A stretch of 64,000 nucleotides of DNA, from positions 2,208,001 to 2,272,000 of the forward strand of contig OY969767.1 of NCBI GenBank assembly GCA_963702895.1. Direction: 5' to 3'. The stretch is from an uncultured Elusimicrobia bacterium (lineage in GTDB: Bacteria; Elusimicrobiota; Elusimicrobia; 2-01-FULL-59-12). Below are positions 37,814 to 46,900 of this stretch, one piece after another. The notes below the pieces were generated by a model, which worked only from the letters and a program-made list of their open reading frames with translations, did no database searches and was not told where the DNA came from. The translations under genes and the position numbers were made by a program. Numbering within the stretch: the stretch's first letter is position 1; every line of letters starts with the position of its first letter.

Positions 37814-38055
37814 TCATTTGTGACCGCCCCAGAGCTCGTCGAACTCATCTGGTTGAGGGTTGAGCCGCCCATTCAGGTGTTCGTGGAGGAGAGGAGCGCC
37901 CCGGCGCCGCCAGAGACGCCCCGCGTCGGGGCGGCAGGGCAAGAAGCGGGACAATCGATGAATCGCTCCATTTGATCTTGGGCAAGCTGGCAGCCTCCCA
38001 AAAGAAGGGCACTCCCCAAAAACGTGCCGAGAAATGGAAATGAAAAATGCTTCAT
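37804..38055 (-). pseudogene. Deleted relic of the giant fibre gene's 3' end, fused to a lipoprotein-like signal
   Basis: AAPTRG..GAGALLSSTNT*(TGA for TGG) then GSTLNQMSSTSSGAVTND, versus giant-gene AAPTWGAGATGLLSSTNTW and GSTINQKGSTGSGSVEID. Confidence 0.7.
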
Positions 38056-38169
38056 TGATTCGTTTGGATATAGCAAACGGAGGCTGGGTCGACAAGAAAA
38101 CGAACCTCAGCCAAGACAAACGATAAGGGGATGTTCTTCAGGAACGAAAGGACGCGGTTTAGGGACAGA

Positions 38170-38239
38170 CGACCGAGCCGGCCACCAGCACCGAGACCAT
38201 CAGCAGCTCAATCATGGTGGTTCCTGTCTGGCTCATCAT
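38170..38239 (-). pseudogene. 5' fragment of the PilV-like gene (prepilin leader only)
   Basis: Identical to 31156-31225, then diverges. Confidence 0.8.
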
Positions 38240-40299
38240 GGGCAATTTTCCGGGGGCACGTCCGACTGGGGCTCGATCGTCGCGCCGGACTCGACATCCT
38301 TACTTCCCGTCGCCGGCGCGCGCACATACGTCCTTTGCCCGTCAGCGCCGACCACAGACTTCCAGCAGGTCAGGTAGTATCTCCCATGGGTGACCTCGAG
38401 GTCAAGACTTCCGTTTGGCCCCACCACGCCCGAGATAATCTTCGGCCGCGCCACCGCCGAAGCGCTGATCTGGGGAGGCATCGCCGCCCCGGCCCATGTA
38501 ATCGTACTCAGCATCACAAAGCTCCCCGAGGGGGCCCGCACCTGCACCCTCGACGTCGCCCCCCGTAACGTAAACGTGTAGCTGCTCAAGGGGACCGCTT
38601 CCAAAGAAGCCGGTGAGGCCGTCTGCTTCCGGTCAGTGACCACATTCAAGGAGAAGGAGGCGCCCTCAAGCGTGGGCCCAAAGTTGAACCAGCCCGTCGG
38701 GTCGGTGTTCTGCACCATGTACGGGCGCCCATCCGAGGTGCGAAGCTCCACAGGAACACCCTTGAGCTCCAGGACGGTGGGCCAGACCTCGTCCGCAAGG
38801 ACCCGGCCGCAAACCCCTCCTGCCGCGCAAGCGCAGACCGGCGGCGGAGGAAAGGTGCAGTTCCCATCGCAAGCCCATCCGCCGCTGCCACACATAGGGA
38901 CCCCCCCGCAGGCGCCACCTATAGGTCTTGTCATATGAAAAGCGCAGACGCCGGAACTGCACAGACCGCTCGAGCACTGGTTACCGCAGACGCAGGTCGC
39001 GCAAGGAGCGCGCCCTGAGCTGGTGCAGACAAAGCCGCAACAAGAGACACTGCAACAGTCGCCGTTCACGGCACAGGGGTCTCCATCGGGGGCGCAACAA
39101 ACCTGGGCCCCGGGACAGCTCCCGCCGCATCCATCAGGGCAGGTGCTTCCAACGCAGGTCGTGGCGGCGCAGGAGCAATCGGGGCCCTTGGTCCCAGCGC
39201 AATTACCTCCGCAACCATCAGGGCAGGTGTTTCCAACGCATGTCGTGGCGGCGCAGGCGCAATTGGGGCCCTTGGTCCCAGCGCAATTACCTCCGCAACC
39301 ATCAGGGCAGGTGCTTCCAACGCAGGTCGTGGCGGCGCAGGAGCAATCGGCGGCGCAACAAAACTGGGTCCCGGCACAGTTCCCTCCGCAACCATCAGGG
39401 CAGGTGCTTCCAACGCAGGTCGTGGCGGCGCAGGAGCAATCGGGGCCCTTGGTCCCAGCGCAATTACCTCCGCAACCATCAGGGCAGGTGCTTCCAACGC
39501 ATGTCGTGGCGGCGCAGGCGCAATTGGGGGCGCAACAACCCAGGGTCCCGGCACAGTTCCCGCCGCAACCATCAGGGCAGGTGCTTCCAACACATGTCGT
39601 GGCGGCGCAGGAGCAATCGGGAGCGCAACAACCCAGGGTCCCGGCACAGTTCCCTCCGCAACCATCACTGCAGGTGCTTCCAACGCAGGTCGTGGCGGCG
39701 CAGGAGCAATCGGGAGCGCAACAACCCAGGGTCCCGGCACAGTTCCCGCCGCAACCATCACTGCAGGTGCTTCCAACGCAGGTCGTGGCGGCGCAGGAGC
39801 AATCGGGGGCGCAACAACCCAGGGTCCCGGCACAGCTCCCGCCGCATCCATCAGCGCAGGTGCTTCCAACGCATGTCGTGGCGGCGCAGGAGCAATCGGG
39901 GCCCTTGGTCCCAGCGCAATTACCTCCGCATCCATCGGGGCAGGTGCTTCCAGCGCATGTCGTGGCGGCGCAGGAGCAATCAGGGGCGCAGGGGGGTGTG
40001 CAGGTATCGGTCATGCAATCCTCAACACAACAACCGTGGGCGGCGCAATCTGGCTCAGCCAGCTTGGCTTCGCAATAGGCAACACCGGACCAACCCGCCG
40101 GACACGAGCAATCTAACAAACCGATGGGGTGGCAAGCACCGGCATCCCAATAGTCAGATCGGCATATATCATCAAGAGCCGAGCTTGTGACAACCTCAAT
40201 GCAAACGACAGCAAAGGACACGAGCGCCAGCCGCGCGGCGGCCGCCAGGCGTTTTCGGAGCAACAGCAAGCATCCCCTCTTTGTTAATTCAGGAGTCAT
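38236..40299 (-). CDS. Secreted Cys-rich repeat protein B
   Basis: Signal peptide; about ten (D/N)CxCAATTCVGSTCxDGCGGxCAGT repeats; C-terminus shared with protein A. Confidence 0.85.
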   Translation of the reverse strand: MTPELTKRGCLLLLRKRLAAAARLALVSFAVVCIEVVTSSALDDICRSDYWDAGACHPIGLLDCSCPAGWSGVAYCEAKLAEPDCAAHGCCVEDCMTDTCTPPCAPDCSCAATTCAGSTCPDGCGGNCAGTKGPDCSCAATTCVGSTCADGCGGSCAGTLGCCAPDCSCAATTCVGSTCSDGCGGNCAGTLGCCAPDCSCAATTCVGSTCSDGCGGNCAGTLGCCAPDCSCAATTCVGSTCPDGCGGNCAGTLGCCAPNCACAATTCVGSTCPDGCGGNCAGTKGPDCSCAATTCVGSTCPDGCGGNCAGTQFCCAADCSCAATTCVGSTCPDGCGGNCAGTKGPNCACAATTCVGNTCPDGCGGNCAGTKGPDCSCAATTCVGSTCPDGCGGSCPGAQVCCAPDGDPCAVNGDCCSVSCCGFVCTSSGRAPCATCVCGNQCSSGLCSSGVCAFHMTRPIGGACGGVPMCGSGGWACDGNCTFPPPPVCACAAGGVCGRVLADEVWPTVLELKGVPVELRTSDGRPYMVQNTDPTGWFNFGPTLEGASFSLNVVTDRKQTASPASLEAVPLSSYTFTLRGATSRVQVRAPSGSFVMLSTITWAGAAMPPQISASAVARPKIISGVVGPNGSLDLEVTHGRYYLTCWKSVVGADGQRTYVRAPATGSKDVESGATIEPQSDVPPENCP

Positions 40300-40426
40300 T
40301 CTTTGAGCGGTACCCTTTAGAGGCTATCGCATCGCATGAACGAAATCAAGACCCATTCTTCCAGGGTGAATTCCGTCCTTAAGCAAAACACGCGTTATGG
40401 CTGCCGAAAAATGCTATTTATTACGT

Positions 40427-41296
40427 ATGAAGTTGATCTCATTTGCCCTGGTGCTTCTACCCGTCGGCTTGGTCTGGCTGGCGGGGTGTCAGAGGCGCGA
40501 TCTTCCGGCTTGGTCGGAACTTTTTCAGGACCAATACCTCCGCCAAGAGGAAGGCCGTACTGTGGCCCGCGTGGATGGACTGCCCATTACCGAGGCGGAG
40601 ATCCTGTCGTGGGCGGAGAGCGCGCCCCATGTCTTTGAGGCTGCCCTGGCCAGCCGTGCAGGGCGCCAGCAATTTATGGACTCCCTCATCCGACAAAGAA
40701 TCTGGGTACAGTGGGCCCGGCGCAGCGGTGCTGACGATCTGCACTACCGCTTGGGCATTCGCCGACACCGCTATACGATGCTGGCGCGAGCACTTCGCGA
40801 AAAACTCGCCAAAAATGCTGTTGCAGGAAACGCCGCTCAAGCAGGCGATGGAACAGAGGACACCGCACCAGAGCTGACCGAAGTCGAGGCGAGCCTGCTC
40901 CATGTGCGGAGTCTCCAGGATGCAAAACGCTTGCAGAGCCTTCTTCAGCAGGGCATGCGCCCTGAGTCGGTGAAGCACCTCTCCGTCAACGGAAAACCGC
41001 TTCCGACACCTGCCGCGGCGCCCTTTGATCTCGACGCAGCCCTTAAAAAATTGAAGGATGGCCAGGCTTCCTCGCCCATCAAGCTTGGCAAGGGTTATGC
41101 CATCCTTCGGCGCAACAACACGCGCCGATTGCCCGCCCCGATGGCTCTAAGGGAACCAACACGCCAGATCAAAGAAGAAGATTTCGGAGCACAATTTAAC
41201 CAAGTCAAAGCAGACATGAAAATCGAAATTGACGAATCTGTTTTGGATGCCGTTCTCCCCTTAAAAAAACCTGCCGCTTCGACGAAAGAACCTTAA
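40427..41296 (+). CDS. Lipoprotein, PrsA/PpiC-like foldase (degenerate parvulin)
   Basis: Lipobox LAGC; TVARVDG..ITEAE; VEASLLHV...LKDGQASSPIK...GYAIL. Confidence 0.7.
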   Translation: MKLISFALVLLPVGLVWLAGCQRRDLPAWSELFQDQYLRQEEGRTVARVDGLPITEAEILSWAESAPHVFEAALASRAGRQQFMDSLIRQRIWVQWARRSGADDLHYRLGIRRHRYTMLARALREKLAKNAVAGNAAQAGDGTEDTAPELTEVEASLLHVRSLQDAKRLQSLLQQGMRPESVKHLSVNGKPLPTPAAAPFDLDAALKKLKDGQASSPIKLGKGYAILRRNNTRRLPAPMALREPTRQIKEEDFGAQFNQVKADMKIEIDESVLDAVLPLKKPAASTKEP

Positions 41297-41339
41297 GGCA
41301 AAACCTTTTCAGCCTGATACTTTGGGGGCCAGGAAAGAA

Positions 41340-42727
41340 GAGTTCTTGTCAAATGTACTGGAAATAGGGCAACGCCCCTTTCGTTGAATGTCTCTTAGGC
41401 CGCGACCTCCAGCTTCTCTCTTTCCACAAATAGTACTTCAACCAATTCCGGCTTTGCGATCGGCTTCCAGAACTGCGCTAAACGCTCAATGACCTTGTAG
41501 ACGAATGCCACGCCTGTTCGGGATTTCTGGAACCGGCGCACGACTCGCGTCCGCAACCGCACTCCCGCGAAGACCGACTCAATCGGATTGCTCGTCTTCA
41601 AATGGACCCAGTGCTCCTTCGGAAAGTCGAAGTACCTCAGCAACGTGTCATGATCCTTGCGCACACAAGCCGCAGCCTTCGGATAGCGAATTTCAAGATC
41701 CTCAGCCAACAAGGCCAACTGGTTCTCCGCGTCTTCGCGGCGCTCCGCCTGATAGGCCACCCGCAGGCGATTGAGGACTTCATCCTGCTTAGCCTTCGGC
41801 ACTTTATCCACGACGTTGCGCATCTTGTGCTTCCAACACCGTTGATCCTTCGCCGAGGGATACACCTCTGCCACCGCCTCCCAGAGCCCTCCGATCCCGT
41901 CGCCGATGACCAACAGCGGAGCAGGCATACCGCGCTCCGCGACCCCTCTCCAGATTTCCTTCCAGGAATCCCGGCTCTCCCGGTAGCCTTCCATCAGCGC
42001 GATCAGTTCCTTCTGGCCTTTCGCGTTGACGCCCACCAGAACCAGAAGCGCTGTGTTCTCTTTTTCCAGCCCCGCTTTTAAATACACGCCGTCTGCCCAG
42101 ACATAGGCGTAACGCGTCTCCGATAGGTCCCGGCGACTGAACGTAGCCAGGTCCGACTGAAACTTCGCCGATAGACGCAGGATCGTGCTGGCTGATAAGG
42201 TGGCTCCATCCCCGATCAGTGCTCGCAACGCCGGCTCAAAGTCCCGACTCGAGAGTCCCTCCAGGTACAGCCGCCGGAATAACTCCTCGACCCCTTCCGT
42301 CCGCCGCTGGTAGGGCCGCAAGATGCTCGACTCAAACTCGCCTCCGTCCACCTGGGGCACCGATAGCTTCAGCCCCGCCCCCAACACCGTCACCTTCCGC
42401 TCCCGCGTTCCGTTCCGATAGCCTTTCTCCAGATTCTTCGCCCGTTCATAGCGCCGACGCTCTAAATACATCGTCACTTCTTCTTCCAGGGCCTCCACCA
42501 GCATCTTGCGCGCTCCTTCACGGGCCAGATAATCCACCATGCTCTCGCCTTTGTGCTGAGTCCCTTTCTCGTTTACAATGGTTTCCATAACGGCGTCTCC
42601 TTTTCGTTTATTGTCCGCTCGAACGGACAGGTTTGTGTGTTTCAACGAAAGGGTACGCCGTTTCTATTTCCTAAGGCAAATCCTTCCTTGCCTTAAAACC
42701 TATTTCCAGCACTTTTGATGGTAACTC
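41340..42727 (-). mobile_element. IS256-family element, copy 2 (diverged isoform)
   Basis: TIRs gagttcttgtcaaatgtactggaaatagg / gagttaccatcaaaagtgctggaaatagg (reverse complement); 8-bp TSD ggaaagaa at 41332-41339 and 42728-42735. Confidence 0.92.
41395..42588 (-). CDS. IS256-family transposase
   Basis: Close paralog of 35277..36467 with many synonymous differences. Confidence 0.93.
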   Translation of the reverse strand: METIVNEKGTQHKGESMVDYLAREGARKMLVEALEEEVTMYLERRRYERAKNLEKGYRNGTRERKVTVLGAGLKLSVPQVDGGEFESSILRPYQRRTEGVEELFRRLYLEGLSSRDFEPALRALIGDGATLSASTILRLSAKFQSDLATFSRRDLSETRYAYVWADGVYLKAGLEKENTALLVLVGVNAKGQKELIALMEGYRESRDSWKEIWRGVAERGMPAPLLVIGDGIGGLWEAVAEVYPSAKDQRCWKHKMRNVVDKVPKAKQDEVLNRLRVAYQAERREDAENQLALLAEDLEIRYPKAAACVRKDHDTLLRYFDFPKEHWVHLKTSNPIESVFAGVRLRTRVVRRFQKSRTGVAFVYKVIERLAQFWKPIAKPELVEVLFVEREKLEVAA

Positions 42728-42832
42728 GGAAAGAAGCTTTGCAAGACCCAGCTGGATCATGGGTCTTTTAGCGTAGTTTTTTAGACAAAAGTTCGATTCA
42801 CTTCATCCAGCTCATTGATATAGAGTTAAGCC

Positions 42833-43828
42833 ATGCTTACACTCAAACACCGCACGGTCTGGAGCATCACCTTGGTGCTCGGCCATGCGTTGATGACGGG
42901 CTGCAAAGAGGAGACATCGTCAACGACGCCTCCTCCTCCACCCTTTGTCGACTCCTCGTTCACCTATGTCGTTCCGGGCACCTCCCATCAGATCAATATC
43001 ATCGACGATGTGGCCAGCGCCACTCCCTCCAAAGAGGACATGACGCAGGCGCTTGATGTCATTCCGGCAGCTCACTTGACCAGCCTGACAACGCTGCATT
43101 TCAGCAGCTACGCCAACGACATTGCGACCAGCCTCTATGACAGGTTGACGCCGGCGCAGCGCGACGAGTGGGCGAGCTTTCAAGTGGCCTCCGATGCCAA
43201 GAAGGAGTTCTCCAACTACTATTACCGGTGGCTGAACACCAACGGCGGGGCGCTCATGAAGGAAGATGTATTAAGTGCGCTTCCGGCCAATAACCCCAAG
43301 TCGGCTTCCAAGTGGCTTTTCATGGCAGCCCTCTTTGCCGACCAGAGCAGCAGCCAGATCATTATCTTTACGGGCCTGACCGCATTGCCCTCGAAACGGG
43401 CCTATTTCCCCTATTCCATGTCAGGGAATACCCTTACGATTGTTGGCCACAAATTTCTGCTGGCCGTGGTCGACGGAAAATTGTCGGTCGTTGGACTCGA
43501 CGGTACGCCCGTGACGCCTGCGTCTGTTCCAAGCATCTTTGTGGAACGCGTGATCCTGAATCCCCGCCCGGCCATCCTATCCAACACGCTCAGCTCCCAG
43601 ACCTCCGAGAGGCCGCTTGACGCGGGGTTATCTTCACAAGGTGCAGGGGCTCTCAACTATATCAGCCCTCAGAGTCCCGATGTCTATCGACCAGTGACCG
43701 ACTCCGCCGCCCAGGACGAACTTGCAAAAGAAATCCAGCGGCTGCGGGCCGATCCCCGCTACATCCTCGATCACGCTCCCGGCACCATTCCCCACGGGTT
43801 CTCCATCGACTCCCGCCAAGCGAAATAG
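42833..43828 (+). CDS. Lipoprotein B of unknown function
   Basis: Lipobox LMTGC followed by a Pro-rich tether; paralog of lipoprotein A. Confidence 0.8.
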   Translation: MLTLKHRTVWSITLVLGHALMTGCKEETSSTTPPPPPFVDSSFTYVVPGTSHQINIIDDVASATPSKEDMTQALDVIPAAHLTSLTTLHFSSYANDIATSLYDRLTPAQRDEWASFQVASDAKKEFSNYYYRWLNTNGGALMKEDVLSALPANNPKSASKWLFMAALFADQSSSQIIIFTGLTALPSKRAYFPYSMSGNTLTIVGHKFLLAVVDGKLSVVGLDGTPVTPASVPSIFVERVILNPRPAILSNTLSSQTSERPLDAGLSSQGAGALNYISPQSPDVYRPVTDSAAQDELAKEIQRLRADPRYILDHAPGTIPHGFSIDSRQAK

Positions 43829-43855
43829 CGCCAAAGAACGATACAGCAACGACGA

Positions 43856-43949
43856 GGGGACGTTCCATCACAAACGTCACAAACTCTAAAGCGCAGGTGC
43901 CAGCACCGGGAGCCTAGGGAGTTTGTGACGTTTGTGATGGAACGTCCCC
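43856..43949. repeat. REP-like hairpin between convergent genes
   Basis: Identical to 37709-37802; abuts the giant gene's stop codon. Confidence 0.9.
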
Positions 43950-46900
43950 TAGTAGTTGAGGGTGTAGGCGAGATTGTCGTAGGTCGAATCGACGTCGTTG
44001 AAGATGAAAGCCATGTAATCCGTCTTGTTGCCCGCGCTGGAGAGGACAGGATAGGCCCCACCCGGGAAGCGGATGGTCCCCGGCCAATTGATGTTGCGGC
44101 CGCCCGTCGCGTCTTGCTTCACCATGAGCACATACTTGCGGCCCGAAATTCCATTGGCGAAGGTGAGCGTGGGGTTGCCGGTGAGCACCACATGCTGCGT
44201 GTTGCCGTTGGACCAGTCGATTTCAACAGAACCCGAGCCGGTCGAACCCTTCTGATTAATGGTCGAGCCAAATTGGCCGTTCGTGATGGCAAGCGACGCG
44301 TTGTTCACCACCACCATCGAGCTAAACGTGACGCTCGACACATAGGTTTGCCCCGCCGTCCAGGTATTCGTGGAACTGAGGAGGCCCGTGGCGCCTGCCC
44401 CCCACGTCGGCGCCGCACCGGGGCCGTTCGATTGAAGCACCTGGCTGGCCGTCCCTGCGCTGCCGCTCAAAACGAGTGCGCCGTTTAAGGCCAGCTGCGT
44501 CTGGACCGTGCCGCTGGACACATAGAACGTCGATCCCGTCTGGAGACTCTGCGTGAGCTGGATGTAGCTCGTCGCGCCGCCCGGTAGGTCCCCCGCCACA
44601 AGCCCGGCACTCACGAGCTTTTTGCTGCCGTCAGTCTTGACGAATTGGCTGGCCGAAAGGTCATTGGCGGTCACACTGCCCGCCACCACGCCGTAGGTGA
44701 CGCCCACGCCGCCCGCACTGGTCACGGTGAGACTGGAGGTCAGGGTCTTGACGCCTGAAATCGTTTGGTTGGTGTCGGTGTAGACGACGTTCGCCGGCAG
44801 GTCGCCCGAGGCGATGGTGGCGCTCACGAGCTTCTTGTTCCCATCGGTCTTGACGAACTGGCTGGCGCTCAAGTCGTTGGCCGTGACGCTGCCGGCCACC
44901 ACGCCGTAGGTCACGCTCACGCCGCTTGGCGAAGCGATGGTCTGGCCGCCGGTCCAGGTGTTGGTGGAGCTCAAGTACGCCACGGTCGACGGCAGCACCG
45001 TGCTGGCAATGCCCGTCACAATGTTGGCGCCGGTGAGATTCGTCAGTCCCGTTCCAAGGCCCGTAAAGCTGCCCGCTGCCACACCGTAGGTGACGCCCAC
45101 GCCGCCCGCACTGGTCACGGTGAGACTGGAGGTCAGGGTCTTGACGCCTGAAATCGTTTGGTTGGTGTCGGTGTAGACGACGTTCGCCGGCAGGTCGCCT
45201 GAAGCGATGGTGGCGCTCACGAGTTTTTTGCTGCTGTCGGTTTTCACAAACTGGCTGGCCGTTAGGGGGTTGAGTTGCAGGCTGCCGGCGTTGACGATGA
45301 GGTTGGTGCTCACCGTCACATCGTTCTGGAACGTCTGCCAGGCCGTCCAGGTATTGGTGGAATTGAGCAAGGCGCTTGCGCTGGCCGGGCTCACCCACGT
45401 GGGCGCGGCACCAGGACCCTGGCTCTGCAGCACCTGCCCGCTCGTCCCCGAATTGTTGCTCGCAAGCACGGCTCCGGAGACGACCAAGTTGGACGAGATC
45501 GTGACCGCCTGCCCGGAGGCTCCGAAGAGCGCGGCGTTCGCTACGGTGATGCTGGAGCCATAGGTCTGCGGCGCGCTCCAAAGCTGGTTTTTGTCCACAT
45601 AGGCCACGGTCGACGGCAGCACCGTGCTGGCAATGCCCGTCACAATGTTGGCGCCGGTGAGATTCGTCAGTCCCGTTCCAAGACCCGTAAAGCTTCCCGC
45701 TGCCACACCGTAGGTGACGCCCACGCCGCCCGCACTGGTCACGGTGAGACTGGAGGTCAGGGTCTTGACGCCTGAAATCGTTTGGTTGGTGTCGGTGTAG
45801 ACGACGTTCGCCGGCAGGTCGCCTGAAGCGATGGTGGCGCTCACGAGTTTTTTGCTGCTGTCGGTTTTCACAAACTGGCTGGCCGTTAGGGGGTTGAGTT
45901 GCAGGCTGCCGGCGTTCACGATCAAGTTCGTGCTCACCGTCACATCGTTCTGGAACGTCTGCCAGGCCGTCCAGGTGTTGGTGGAGTTGAGCAAGGCGCT
46001 TGCGCTGGCCGGGCTCACCCACGTGGGCGCGGCACCAGGACCCTGGCTCTGCAGCACCTGCCCGCTCGTCCCCGAATTGTTGCTCGCAAGCACGGCTCCG
46101 GAGACGACCAAGTTGGACGAGATCGTGACCGCCTGCCCAGAAGCACCGAGTAATGCGGCATTGGTCACCGTGACGCTCGACCCATACGTCTGCGGCGCGC
46201 TCCAAAGCTGGTTTTTGTCCACATAGGCCACAGTCGACGGCAGCACCGTGCTGGCAATGCCCGTCACAATGTTGGCGCCGGTGAGATTCGTCAGTCCCGT
46301 TCCAAGACCCGTAAAGCTTCCCGCTGCCACGCCGTAGGTGACGCCCACGCCGCCCGCACTGGTCACGGTGAGACTGGAGGTCAGGGTCTTGACGCCTGAA
46401 ATCGTTTGGTTGGTGTCGGTGTAGACGACGTTCGCCGGCAGGTCGCCTGAAGCGATGGTGGCGCTCACGAGTTTTTTGCTGCTGTCGGTTTTCACAAACT
46501 GGCTGGCCGTTAGGGGGTTGAGTTGCAGGCTGCCGGCGTTGACGATGAGGTTGGTGCTCACCGTCACATCGTTCTGGAACGTCTGCCAGGCCGTCCAGGT
46601 ATTGGTGGAATTGAGCAAGGCGCTTGCGCTGGCCGGGCTCACCCACGTGGGCGCGGCACCAGGACCCTGGCTCTGCAGCACCTGCCCGCTCGTCCCCGAA
46701 TTGTTGCTCGCAAGCACGGCTCCGGAGACGACCAAGTTGGACGAGATCGTGACCGCCTGCCCGGAGGCTCCGAAGAGCGCGGCGTTCGCTACGGTGATGC
46801 TGGAGCCATAGGTCTGCGGCGCGCTCCAAAGCTGGTTTTTGTCCACATAGGCCACGGTCGACGGCAGCACCGTGCTGGCAATGCCCGTCACAATGTTGGC

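Noticed and set aside
31156..39123. The near-identical repeat pair as a DGR template/variable repeat
   Set aside because: No reverse transcriptase in the window, the repeat is far longer than a typical TR, and the few mismatches are not a dense adenine-specific set.
32009..40190. Gln/Pro-rich, Arg-rich and Ala/Pro-rich ORFs overlapping the Cys-rich genes
   Set aside because: Shadow frames of GC-rich tandem repeats; the Cys frame has the signal peptide and the operon coupling.
35138..42727. Inverted IS256 pair as a composite transposon or inversion boundary
   Set aside because: Each copy has its own matching 8-bp TSD (acccaaag; ggaaagaa) and the copies are diverged, indicating independent insertions.
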